A stretch of DNA of 64,000 nucleotides, taken from positions 448,001 through 512,000 of the forward strand of contig OZ219786.1 of NCBI GenBank assembly GCA_964291285.2. Direction: 5' to 3'. The notes under the pieces are model-generated. The model worked only from the letters and a program-made list of their open reading frames with translations, was not told where the DNA came from and ran no database searches. Positions 20,770 through 28,997 of this stretch are shown here, one piece after another. Every line of letters starts with the position of its first letter. Within the stretch, counting starts at the first letter, position 1. The DNA is from Alphaproteobacteria bacterium (GTDB taxonomy: Bacteria > Pseudomonadota > Alphaproteobacteria > Bin95). A program made the translations under genes and the position numbers.

Positions 20770-21312
20770 ATGACCTCTCCCGATACCACCCCCCCGGCCC
20801 CGCAGCGCGGCATTTTCGTCGTTGGCGACGGCAGCTGGAAGGCGATCCTGCCCTCCGCCACCGTGCTGGGCGTCTTCCTGGCCTTTCTGGTCGGCATGCT
20901 GGCCTGGTTCGACATCCGGATCGACGGAGTCGAACGGCGGCTCACCGCTCAGATCGGCGGGGTGAAAACGGATCTGGTGAACCGGATCGATCAGGTCGAG
21001 ACTGGCCTCAACGCCCGGATCGACGGTGTCGAGAAGCGGATCGACCGGGTGGAAAAGCGCCTGACCGACCGGATCGACGAGGTGAAGGTGGAACTCGGCC
21101 GCCGGATTGACGGGGTGAAGTCGGACCTTGCGGCGGGCGAGGCGAAGCGCGAGGCAGCGGAGGCGCGGCAGTCGGCCGCCATGGAGCGCCTGACCTCCGG
21201 CATCGCCGAAAACCGCGCCAACCATCGCGAGCTTCTCGGCTTCGTTCGCGCCCGTTTCCCCGGGGCGCCGCAACCGGCGCCTGCCGCCCCGGAGCCCTCT
21301 CCGGCGCAGTAG
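20770..21312 (+). CDS. Membrane-anchored coiled-coil repeat protein
   Basis: CAGGAG RBS; TM helix VLGVFLAFLVGMLAWF followed by RIDxVExxL repeats. Confidence 0.7.
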   Translation: MTSPDTTPPAPQRGIFVVGDGSWKAILPSATVLGVFLAFLVGMLAWFDIRIDGVERRLTAQIGGVKTDLVNRIDQVETGLNARIDGVEKRIDRVEKRLTDRIDEVKVELGRRIDGVKSDLAAGEAKREAAEARQSAAMERLTSGIAENRANHRELLGFVRARFPGAPQPAPAAPEPSPAQ

Positions 21313-21338
21313 CCGGGTCTCCGCCGGCGCCGTTCCCG

Positions 21339-21372
21339 CCCCTCCCCGGCGACAGGCCGGGGAGGGTTTTTT
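21339..21372 (+). terminator. Intrinsic terminator
   Basis: CCCTCCCCGGC-gacag-GCCGGGGAGGG followed by TTTTTT. Confidence 0.75.
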
Positions 21373-21621
21373 CATGGCGGCCTGCCCGCGGCATCGATCC
21401 GCCATCGGGCTTTCCGCCGGCATCCCGGCTGCCATCTCCCGCAATCCGCCCCCGGCGTTCCGGGCCGTTGCGGCCTCCCCTGTGCGACCGGCTGCCGTTT
21501 CCCGGCGGGCGGCGTTGCCGGCCTGCCGTCCGAAAGGTCGGGAAGGGGTTTTCGGTGCGATTCCCGCGGGCGGCCGTCCGACCGGCTCCCGCGCCCGTTT
21601 CCCGAACAGGAGAAATCGCAC

Positions 21622-21933
21622 ATGAGCGCTGCCAATGCGTCCGTCCTTCGCCCCGATGCGAACACCTTCCTCACGCACGTCTTCGGCCGCGGCCTGCAGG
21701 ACAGGCACTATGTGGTCGAGCGCTACCGCACGACGATCGACGGCGAGATCCGCCGGCTGCCGGGCGGCAAGGGCCACCCGCTCACCCTGTCGCTGGCGAC
21801 CGTGCGCGCGCTGCGTCCGGCGCGCAACGAGATCCTGATCTGCAAGGGCGAGAAGACCGCCGGCTCCGGCATCCAGTACTGGGGCGACCTGGCGACCGGC
21901 CTCTTCGCCGAGGCCCGGCGCAAGCGGTCCTGA
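21622..21933 (+). CDS. Hypothetical protein (leading-region cassette)
   Basis: CAGGAG RBS, preceded by the conserved motif. Confidence 0.65.
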   Translation: MSAANASVLRPDANTFLTHVFGRGLQDRHYVVERYRTTIDGEIRRLPGGKGHPLTLSLATVRALRPARNEILICKGEKTAGSGIQYWGDLATGLFAEARRKRS

Positions 21934-22014
21934 GCCGGTCCTTCGGGCGGCGCTCCTCCGGGGGCGCCGCGCGGCCCGCTCCCCTTCCATCGTTCCGTTC
22001 CACGGGGTATTGCC

Positions 22015-22230
22015 ATGACCTGCACCGCCCGCGCGCCGGACGATTGCGCCAGTCGGCCGGGCCTCGCCCCCCGCAAGCGCAATGCCCGCCTGGCTGCCGG
22101 CCTCTGCGGCAGTTGCGGCAACCGCGCGCCCGAAGAGGGCCGCACGTCCTGCCGTCCCTGTCTGGACATCCACAACGAAAAAGACCGGCGCCGGAGGCGG
22201 CGCCGCTCCCTCCTGCGACTGTGCCTGCTC
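22015..22230 (+). pseudogene. Truncated copy of the Cys-rich repeat gene at 23005
   Basis: RNARLAAGLCGSCGNRAPEEGRTSCRPCLD..RRSLLRLCL matches RNARRAAGLCSHCGDRPPEAGRVNCRPCLD..RRSLLRLCL, then similarity ends at the ssb cassette. Confidence 0.6.
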
Positions 22231-22335
22231 CTCCTTCCCGGCCTTCGGCGGCATCGACGCCGCAAAGGTCGGGAAGGGGCTTTTCGCGGTGAGTTGCAAC
22301 AGCTCGCAATCAACCTCCTGCAGGGAGCAAACGCC

Positions 22336-22749
22336 ATGAACGGCCTCAATCGCGTCGACCTGATCGGCAACCTGGGCGGCGACCCCGAGTTCCGCAGCCT
22401 GCCCGGCGGCGGCGACGTCGCCAATTTCTCCCTCGCCACCAACACGGTCTACAAGGACCGCCAGAGCGGCGAGTATGTCGAGCGGACCGAGTGGCACCGG
22501 ATCGCCGTCTACCAGGACGGCCTGGTGAAGATGCTGCGCAAGCACGCCGCCAAGGGCCGCCTGGCGCACATCACCGGGATGCTGCGCACCCGGAGCTGGC
22601 GCAAGGACGGCGAGGACAGCGACCGGTTCGCCACCGAGATCGTCGTCGGCCCGCGCGGCTGCATCAACTTCCTCGACAGGAAGCCGGACGGCGGCGGCAA
22701 CCGGCCGCCGGCGCCGCCCCCGGAAGCCTACGAGGACTTCTCCGCCTGA
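22336..22749 (+). CDS. ssb: Single-stranded DNA-binding protein
   Basis: LNRVDLIGNLGGDPE, VANFSLATN, ERTEWHRI, GMLRTRSW, TEIV. Confidence 0.93.
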   Translation: MNGLNRVDLIGNLGGDPEFRSLPGGGDVANFSLATNTVYKDRQSGEYVERTEWHRIAVYQDGLVKMLRKHAAKGRLAHITGMLRTRSWRKDGEDSDRFATEIVVGPRGCINFLDRKPDGGGNRPPAPPPEAYEDFSA

Positions 22750-22762
22750 TGGCGCGCCCTCC

Positions 22763-22800
22763 GCCCCGGAGCCTGCGGGTTCCGGGGCTTTTCCGTTTTC
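22763..22800 (+). terminator. Intrinsic terminator
   Basis: GCCCCGGAGCC-tgcg-GGTTCCGGGGC then TTTT. Confidence 0.65.
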
Positions 22801-23004
22801 CCCTCGCATGCCGTCCCGGGGCGGGGAACCCGTCTGTCTTCGCCGGCGCCATTGCTCTCCGCCGGCCACCGCTCCCGCGGCGGCGCTCCTTGCAGCCCCA
22901 AGGTCGGGAAGGGGTTTGCAGCGTGAGTCCTGCGCCCGGCCGTCCGATCGGCTTCCCCCCGTTCGGCCCGGGCCGCGCCCGCTACCGACACGCCGGGAGC
23001 CGCG

Positions 23005-24216
23005 ATGACCAGCAAACCGCATCCACCCGCCGACACCGGGAACCCTGTCCGCCGCAGCGACCGGACGCGCAACGCGCGCCGGGCGGCGGGCCTGTGTTCC
23101 CATTGCGGCGACCGTCCGCCCGAGGCCGGCCGCGTGAACTGCCGCCCCTGCCTCGACGCAGCCCGTGAGGGCAACCGGCGCCGGAAGCTTCGCCGCTCCC
23201 TGCTGCGCCTGTGCCTCGATTGCGGCATGACGCCCCCGGCGCCCGGGCGGCGCCGCTGCAAGCCCTGCGGCGACATCCACGCCCGCCGGACGCGGGACAT
23301 GCTCCGCGCCCGCCGCGCCGAACGCGCGTCGAAGGGGCTGTGTCCGCGATGCGGCGACCGGCCGCCGGCTCCGGATCGTTCCGCGTGCCAGCCGTGTCTC
23401 GACAACCGGAAGAAATACGACCGCAAGACCCGCGTCCCCCGGGAGAAACGCCGCTTCTGCCAGGGCTGCGGCATCCCGGTGCTGCAAGCGGGGATCCGGC
23501 TGTGCCCGGACTGCTCCGAAGACCGCCCCCGCAAGCTCGCCGAACAGCGCGCCACGGCCGGGCTCTGCAAGAGATGCGGCAATACCCCGGCGCTTCCCGA
23601 ATTCGACACCTGCGAAAGCTGTCGTCAGCACGACCGGCTGACCTCGCTTCGCAACTGGCGCCGCCGGTCGGCCCGCAGAAGGGCAGCCGGCCTCTGCGTC
23701 CGCTGCGGCGAACGGCCCCCGTTTCCGGACAGCCCCTATTGCGCCCCTTGCCGGGACCGGCGCCGCAAGCAAAGCCTCGCCGGATACCACCGCATGGCAG
23801 CCGCGCGCCGCGCCCGGGGGCTCTGCACGCGTTGCGGCGATACCCCGGCGCTTCCCGAATTCGACACCTGCGAAAGCTGCCGGCAGCACACCCGGCTGAC
23901 CTCGCTTCGCAACTGGCGCCGCCGGTCCGCCCGCAGAAGGGCCGCCGGCCTCTGCGTCCGCTGCGGCGAACGGCCCCCGGAACGCGGCACGCTGGACTGC
24001 GGGCCGTGCCGGGACAGGCAGCGCTCCCGTGAGTATCGCGGCATGCCCGATCTGCCGTCCCGGTACACCGTGATCGAGATCGCGACCGGTACCGATCACG
24101 GCACCTGGGACACCTTGCAGGAACTCGCGGCCGCACTCGCCTATGCAAAGCTCACGCTCGAGGATGTCGAGATCGTCACCGACGCCGCCCCCATGGCCCG
24201 CTTCGCCAGCTGGTGA
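23005..24216 (+). CDS. Arg/Cys-rich protein with eight CxxCG..CxxC putative zinc-finger repeats
   Basis: Eight units such as GLCSHCGDRPPEAGRVNCRPC; near-identical DNA duplication 258 bp apart (about 23561-23719 and 23819-23977); distinct acidic C-terminal domain. Confidence 0.75.
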   Translation: MTSKPHPPADTGNPVRRSDRTRNARRAAGLCSHCGDRPPEAGRVNCRPCLDAAREGNRRRKLRRSLLRLCLDCGMTPPAPGRRRCKPCGDIHARRTRDMLRARRAERASKGLCPRCGDRPPAPDRSACQPCLDNRKKYDRKTRVPREKRRFCQGCGIPVLQAGIRLCPDCSEDRPRKLAEQRATAGLCKRCGNTPALPEFDTCESCRQHDRLTSLRNWRRRSARRRAAGLCVRCGERPPFPDSPYCAPCRDRRRKQSLAGYHRMAAARRARGLCTRCGDTPALPEFDTCESCRQHTRLTSLRNWRRRSARRRAAGLCVRCGERPPERGTLDCGPCRDRQRSREYRGMPDLPSRYTVIEIATGTDHGTWDTLQELAAALAYAKLTLEDVEIVTDAAPMARFASW

Positions 24217-24229
24217 TGCTGTCACCCAC

Positions 24230-24259
24230 CCCGGAACCTTCGGGTTCCGGGGTTTCTTC
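24230..24259 (+). terminator. Intrinsic terminator
   Basis: CCCGGAACC-ttcg-GGTTCCGGG then TTTCTT. Confidence 0.7.
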
Positions 24260-24494
24260 GTTCCCCCGTTCAGCGCCCCGAGGCTCCGGCCCGGGGCGTT
24301 TCTCGTTGCCCCGTGCCGGCCGTCCCCGCTGCCGGCGGCCCGGAACGGTTCCGCGGCGGCCGGCCGTTGCCACGGTCCCGGCGCCGTGCCGGCCGCGAGG
24401 CAGGAAAGGCGGGGAAGGGCTTGTCCGGGCAGTATTGCGGGCCTCGCTCCGGCGTCCCGCCGTGCTACAATCCCCCACCGAAAGGAGCGGCACC

Positions 24495-24761
24495 ATGACC
24501 GCAGCCGAACTCGCCCCATGGGCGACGCCCGCGATCACCATCGCGCTCATCGCCTGGCTCCGCATGGACCTCGGCAAGCGCATCGACCGGCTTGACCAGC
24601 GCATGGACCGGCTTGACCAGCGCATGGACGGCTTCGATCAGCGCCTGCGCGCCCTGGAGGTCGCCGTCAGCGCCATGGCGGCCAAGCTCGACCTGCTCGA
24701 GCGCTACTTCCTGAGGCGGAACGCCCCCGACAGCGGCCCGCCGCCGGCCGCCGCCGAATAG
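24495..24761 (+). CDS. Small membrane-anchored coiled-coil protein with heptad repeats
   Basis: AAGGAG RBS; hydrophobic N-terminus then RIDRLDQ-RMDRLDQ-RMDGFDQ. Confidence 0.7.
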   Translation: MTAAELAPWATPAITIALIAWLRMDLGKRIDRLDQRMDRLDQRMDGFDQRLRALEVAVSAMAAKLDLLERYFLRRNAPDSGPPPAAAE

Positions 24762-24773
24762 CCGTCCCCCCGA

Positions 24774-24800
24774 CCCCGGCCTCCGCGCCGGGGTTTTTCC
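24774..24800 (+). terminator. Intrinsic terminator
   Basis: CCCCGGC-ctccgc-GCCGGGG then TTTTT. Confidence 0.65.
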
Positions 24801-25024
24801 TTGCCCCCGTTCAGCGCCCCGAGGCTCCGGCCCGGGGCGTTTTTCGTTGCCCCGTGCCGGGCCGTCCCCGCTGCCGGGCGGCCCGGAACGGTTCCGCGGC
24901 GGCCGGCCGTTGCCCCATGGCCCGGCGCCGTGCCGGCCGCAAGGCAGGAAAGGCGGGGAAGGGGTTGTCCGGGCGGAATCGCGGCCATCCCGGTCCGCGA
25001 CCGCGAACCGAGAGGATTTAGGAC

Positions 25025-25201
25025 ATGACCGCCCTTCTGGACCCCGCCTTCGACGCGCTCGACGCCCGCCACGCCGTTGCCGAGCTCGGCCTCGATGCGC
25101 TCCCCCTCCGCGACAGCGTCCTGGAGGACAGCCTGCCCCGCTGGGGAGACCAGGCGACACTGTTCCCCTGGGAGCCCGACCACGCCGGAGACGCCGGCTG
25201 A
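25025..25201 (+). CDS. Small acidic protein (58 aa), absent from ORF track
   Basis: GAGGA RBS, conserved motif upstream; MTALLDPAFDALDARHAVAELGLDALPLRDSVLEDSLPRWGDQATLFPWEPDHAGDAG. Confidence 0.6.
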   Translation: MTALLDPAFDALDARHAVAELGLDALPLRDSVLEDSLPRWGDQATLFPWEPDHAGDAG

Positions 25202-25458
25202 TCCGATCGCCCCGATGCCCCCCGGCGTCGGGGCGATCGTTCTGTACCTGCCCTCCGCCGCGCGCGCCCGATCGGGGGCGGAGGCAGCCGGAGGCGTGGA
25301 GCCGGGCCGGGACAGGGAGGCGGGCGCTCGCGGCCATGCTCCCGGCGCCGTGCCGGCCGCGAGGCACGAAAGGCCGGGAAGGGGTTGGTCGGGGCGATAT
25401 CGGGGCTGACGCCCGCCAGGCGCGGCTCCGGAACCCCGGCCCGGAAGGAGGATCGGAC

Positions 25459-26487
25459 ATGGCTGCGATGCATGGAGGGATTTCGCTGCAGGAGCTGGCG
25501 GCGCGGCTGGCGGGGGAGATCGAGGCGGTCTGCGCCTGCTATCTGCCGAACGGGCGGCGCGAGGGCCCGTTCTGGCAGGTGGGCAGCGTCGCGGGCGAGC
25601 CGGGCAGTTCGCTGCGCGTCAACCTGGAGGGCCGCCTGCGCGGGCGCTGGAAGGACTGGGCGAACGGCCGCGACCGCGGCGACGCGCTGGACCTGATCCG
25701 CGCGGCCCGCGACCTGGGCTCGATCGGGGAGGCCGCGCGCGAGGCCCGGCGCTTCCTGGCCCTGCCCGCCGCCGAGCGCCCGGCGCCGCCGGTGTCCGCC
25801 GCGGCCTGCCGGCCGGTGAGCAGCGCCGGCCTGGAGACGGTGCTGGCCCGTTCGCGCGCGGTCCGCAGCGACGACCCGGCCGGGCGCTATCTGGCCTCGC
25901 GCGGGCTGTCGGCGGAGGACGCGCGGGAGGCCGGCCTGCGGTTCCGCCCCGACGCCTGGGTGCAGGTGGACGGGCGGAGGCGGGAGCTGCCGGCCCTGCT
26001 GGCGCCCGTCCGCGCGCCGGACGGCACGCTGGAGGGGCTGCAGCGGATCTTCGTCGCCCCGGATGGCGGCAAGGCCCGGATCGCGGACCCGAAGCGCACC
26101 AGCGGGCGGCTGTTCTCCGGCGCCGTGCGGTGGTCCGCTTCCGCCGGCGCGCGGCATGCGGTGCTGACCGAGGGCGTGGAGGACGCGCTCGCGGTCTGCC
26201 GGGCGCTCGGACCGGAGGGCCGCCGCCACGTCGCCATCGCGGCCGCCGTGTCCGCCGGGCGCATCCACCGGGTCGCCCTGCCGCCGGGCATCGAGCGCGT
26301 CACGCTGGTGCAGGACCGGGACCGCGCCGGCGAGGAGGCCTGGGCCGCGCTCCGCAAGGCGCACCGGGACACCGGGCTGCGGGTGGAGCGCATCGTCCCC
26401 GGCGCGAAGGACGCCAATGACGAGCTCCTCCGGCTCGGCCCGCCGGAATATCGCCGCCGGCTGCATGCCGCGGGATTGCCGGCTTGA
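25459..26487 (+). CDS. Toprim-domain plasmid primase-like protein, copy 2
   Basis: AAGGAGG RBS; full-length paralogue of 19584..20600 (DDPAGRYLASRGL, LTEGVEDAL, KDANDELL). Confidence 0.82.
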   Translation: MAAMHGGISLQELAARLAGEIEAVCACYLPNGRREGPFWQVGSVAGEPGSSLRVNLEGRLRGRWKDWANGRDRGDALDLIRAARDLGSIGEAAREARRFLALPAAERPAPPVSAAACRPVSSAGLETVLARSRAVRSDDPAGRYLASRGLSAEDAREAGLRFRPDAWVQVDGRRRELPALLAPVRAPDGTLEGLQRIFVAPDGGKARIADPKRTSGRLFSGAVRWSASAGARHAVLTEGVEDALAVCRALGPEGRRHVAIAAAVSAGRIHRVALPPGIERVTLVQDRDRAGEEAWAALRKAHRDTGLRVERIVPGAKDANDELLRLGPPEYRRRLHAAGLPA

Positions 26488-26711
26488 GCCACGGATACCC
26501 GACGCCGTCCGGCGTCGGGTATCTCCCGCGTACCGGTGCGGGGCCTGGCGCCTTCCCGGCCTGGCCGGATGCGCCGGGAGAGCGCCTGCGGCGGGCGGCC
26601 GGGAAGGGAAAGGCGGGCGATAGCGGCCATGCTCCCGGCGCCGTGCCGGCCGCCAGGCGCGAAAGGCGGGGAAGGGGCCGATCGGGGCAAATCCCGAACA
26701 GGAGAGAGACG

Positions 26712-26969
26712 ATGAGCGCCGACGCTTGCTGGACCGTGGATATCCTGCTGCCCTGGTACACCGGAGGGACCCGCTGGCGGGTCACCCACTACGGCGAGAG
26801 CGAGCAGCTCGCGCGGCGCGTGCTGGCCGCCGAGCGCCGCGCGGGCCACCGGGCGCGCCTGCGCAGCTGGACGCCGGAGGTGGTCGACGCCGACGAGGAG
26901 TTCGACCTCGCCGAGGCGGCCCCGGCCCGCCAGCCGGAGGATGCGCTCCCGGACACGGTCCCGTTCTGA
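26712..26969 (+). CDS. Hypothetical protein with acidic tail ending DTVPF
   Basis: CAGGAG RBS, conserved motif upstream, hairpin downstream (26978-27008). Confidence 0.65.
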   Translation: MSADACWTVDILLPWYTGGTRWRVTHYGESEQLARRVLAAERRAGHRARLRSWTPEVVDADEEFDLAEAAPARQPEDALPDTVPF

Positions 26970-27034
26970 TTCCCGGAGCCCCGGCGCCGCCCGCGCCGGG
27001 GCTTCTTCCCTGTACCGCTCCCGCCGTCCCGTAG

Positions 27035-27431
27035 CGGCCGCGAGACCGGCTCCGCTATCCGGAACCCTGCCAGGCCCTCCGCAGGCTCCGGCCCTGCCAG
27101 GAACCCGGAAGACTGCGCCTCGCAGGCCTGCCGGCGATGCCTGGAGCATAGCGCCAGGTCGCTTCGCTCCCGGGCCGGGAAGGAGGAAGACGGACGGTCG
27201 CGGCCATGCTCCCGGCGCCCTGAGGCGTCGGGCTTCCTTTCCGTACCGGCCTCCGACCCGGGCCGTTTCCCTTTCCCGGTCATGCGGCGATCCCTCGCCC
27301 GCTTCGCGTTCCTGCCCTCCCCGCATGACCCCTGGCGCCCGTACCGGCCGCGAGACCGGCTCCGCTATCCGGAACCCTGCCGGGCCCTCCGCAAGCTCCG
27401 GTTCCGGCAGGAACCCGGAAGACTACGCCTC
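27035..27431 (+). repeat. About 85-bp imperfect direct repeat pair
   Basis: CGGCCGCGAGACCGGCTCCGCTATCCGGAACCCTGCC.GGCCCTCCGCA..CAGGAACCCGGAAGACT.CGCCT at about 27035-27121 and 27345-27431. Confidence 0.8.
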
Positions 27432-27439
27432 CGCGCCCC

Positions 27440-27740
27440 GCCGATTTCCGATCCCCCGGCTGCCCCGACGGTTGCCAGCTTCCGGATCGCGGCCTATCCT
27501 CATGGAACCGTGTTGAGGTCGCGGATCGGAGTCAGCACACCGGTGCCCCTGCGGTGCAAATAATAGCACGACGGAATACACAATGATTTCAACGGGTTAC
27601 GGATCGCCACGGCAGATGACGGCATCACGCGCGGAAGTGGGGCGCATGACCACAGCGGAGACTCTACCTGGCACCGCTCATTTGCGGGGTCATCCTGCTT
27701 TTTCCATGCGAGTCGAGCACGGACCCCAGAGGCTCTTCAG
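27440..27740. promoter_or_regulatory. Candidate oriT and relaxase promoter region
   Basis: Positional only: lower-GC non-coding gap between the cassette array and the relaxase genes; no nic site confidently matched. Confidence 0.35.
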
Positions 27741-28997
27741 GTGGTAGCGAGAATCAACAAGCTGGCCGACCCGGCCCTCTATACCAACCGCCAACGAGCC
27801 TACGCTGCCACATGGCGCAATCCGGCCGGTTTGCTGCATCTCCCGGACGGGGCGACGGTTCCCGACAAGGACTTGCTCGCCTTATGGAGGGGATTTGCAC
27901 CGCAGAACGCGGGCCCGCTTACCCGCAGGGCCATATCCGGGACACACACGCCCGGCTTCGATATCGTCCTCTCGCCCGACAAGTCGATTTCCGCGCTCTG
28001 GGCCACCTCTCCCGACTTCGACCGCAAGCGCATCGAGCGCGCGGTCATGGACGCCGCCAGGATCGCTCTCACCGCGATCGTCTTCCGCCACTGCGCCACC
28101 ACACGCATCGGGAGAGCAGCAAGCGGGCTTCGCGTCGAGACCGGCGACATCCTCGCCGCGATTGCCCCGTTTCACATTTCCCGCGAACTCGACCCCCAAC
28201 TGGACGTCAGCTGCGTCGTCTTCAATCTTGTCAGAACCCATTCAGACGGCCGCTTCCGTACCCTTCACGGCTATCCGCTGTATTCCTGGAAGAAGGCCAT
28301 CGGCGCCGCCTTCCGCAACCGCCTGGCCTGCCGGCTGCGCAGCCGCCTCGGGGTGGAGATCGAGCGTCACGGCGCGCATGGCGAATACACCCGCGTCCGC
28401 CGCATGGACCGCGGTCTCGAGGGACTCTGGAGCAAGCGTAATGCGAGGCTGCAAGCCCATGTCAACGCCGTTCACGCTGCCTGGAGGACACCCGATCCGG
28501 CCGCTTCCGGCGCCGGCGCGTCCACGACCGCTGCCCTGCGCCTCAAGCGAACGGCCACGGAAAGCGATATCGCGCGGTTCAGGGCCGAAGCAGCGGGGAT
28601 CGTCGATCCCGACGCCCTGCACGCGCGGATCGTCCGATCCTCCTTCAATGACGTAACCGAACAGGAGCGCGACAAGCTCCGCCGGGAGCTCGAGGACATT
28701 CCCCGCACTCTCGCCGCGGCGGACCTGGTCTTCAACACGGCCGATATCGTCACCCGTGTGGAGAACGCCGCCGCCGGCCTCTTCGACGACACTGCGATGG
28801 ATCAGTGGCTGGAATACGCCCTCTCCACCATCAACCTGCTCCCGCTTGAATACGACGACCCCAACCCGGACGCCGTCGCCGGCATGGCGCACAAGCGCCT
28901 GTTCACGACGCGCGACATCCTGGACGCCAATCCGGACCACAGGCGCCTCTCCGGACTGTCGGCGCAGGACCCGGCCAGGGAGCCGCCGCGGTGGTAG
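27741..28997 (+). CDS. Degenerate MOBF (TrwC-type) relaxase-domain protein lacking catalytic residues
   Basis: Colinear with N-terminal part of the next gene (PGFDIVLSPDKSISALWA, LHGYPLYSWKKA, AGMAHKRLFTT), but no YY pairs, and HxxSRxxDPQLHVH reads HISRELDPQLDVS. Confidence 0.8.
   Translation: MVARINKLADPALYTNRQRAYAATWRNPAGLLHLPDGATVPDKDLLALWRGFAPQNAGPLTRRAISGTHTPGFDIVLSPDKSISALWATSPDFDRKRIERAVMDAARIALTAIVFRHCATTRIGRAASGLRVETGDILAAIAPFHISRELDPQLDVSCVVFNLVRTHSDGRFRTLHGYPLYSWKKAIGAAFRNRLACRLRSRLGVEIERHGAHGEYTRVRRMDRGLEGLWSKRNARLQAHVNAVHAAWRTPDPAASGAGASTTAALRLKRTATESDIARFRAEAAGIVDPDALHARIVRSSFNDVTEQERDKLRRELEDIPRTLAAADLVFNTADIVTRVENAAAGLFDDTAMDQWLEYALSTINLLPLEYDDPNPDAVAGMAHKRLFTTRDILDANPDHRRLSGLSAQDPAREPPRW

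Larger units (their letters stand above)
24263..24974 (+). repeat. About 170-bp direct repeat pair flanking the 24495 gene
   Basis: CCCCGTTCAGCGCCCCGAGGCTCCGGCCCGGGGCGTTT..CCCGGAACGGTTCCGCGG..GAAAGGCGGGGAAGGG.TTGTCCGGGC at about 24263-24430 and 24804-24974. Confidence 0.85.
20674..26678 (+). repeat. Dispersed conserved upstream motif AAGG(T/C)(C/G)GGGAAGGG, eight copies
   Basis: Copies near 20674, 21532, 22264, 22900, 24404, 24948, 25368, 26661, each about 35-90 bp before a start codon. Confidence 0.85.

Noticed and set aside
22015-22749. Zinc-finger-SSB fusion protein
   Set aside because: The in-frame join runs through the conserved upstream motif, and ssb has its own RBS and ATG at 22336; more likely a truncated gene ahead of a cassette
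20230-24519. 1429-aa minus-strand ORF
   Set aside because: Shadow of plus-strand genes that have RBSs and family motifs; stop codons are scarce in GC-rich DNA
19540-27431. Integron cassette array
   Set aside because: No IntI gene and no attC RYYYAAC/GTTRRRY cores seen; repeats lie upstream of genes
27686-27700. GGGGTCATCCTGC as Tn3 left end or IncP-type nic site
   Set aside because: Only 8 bp match the terminal repeat, and ATCCTG/C is a MOBP signature whereas the relaxase is MOBF
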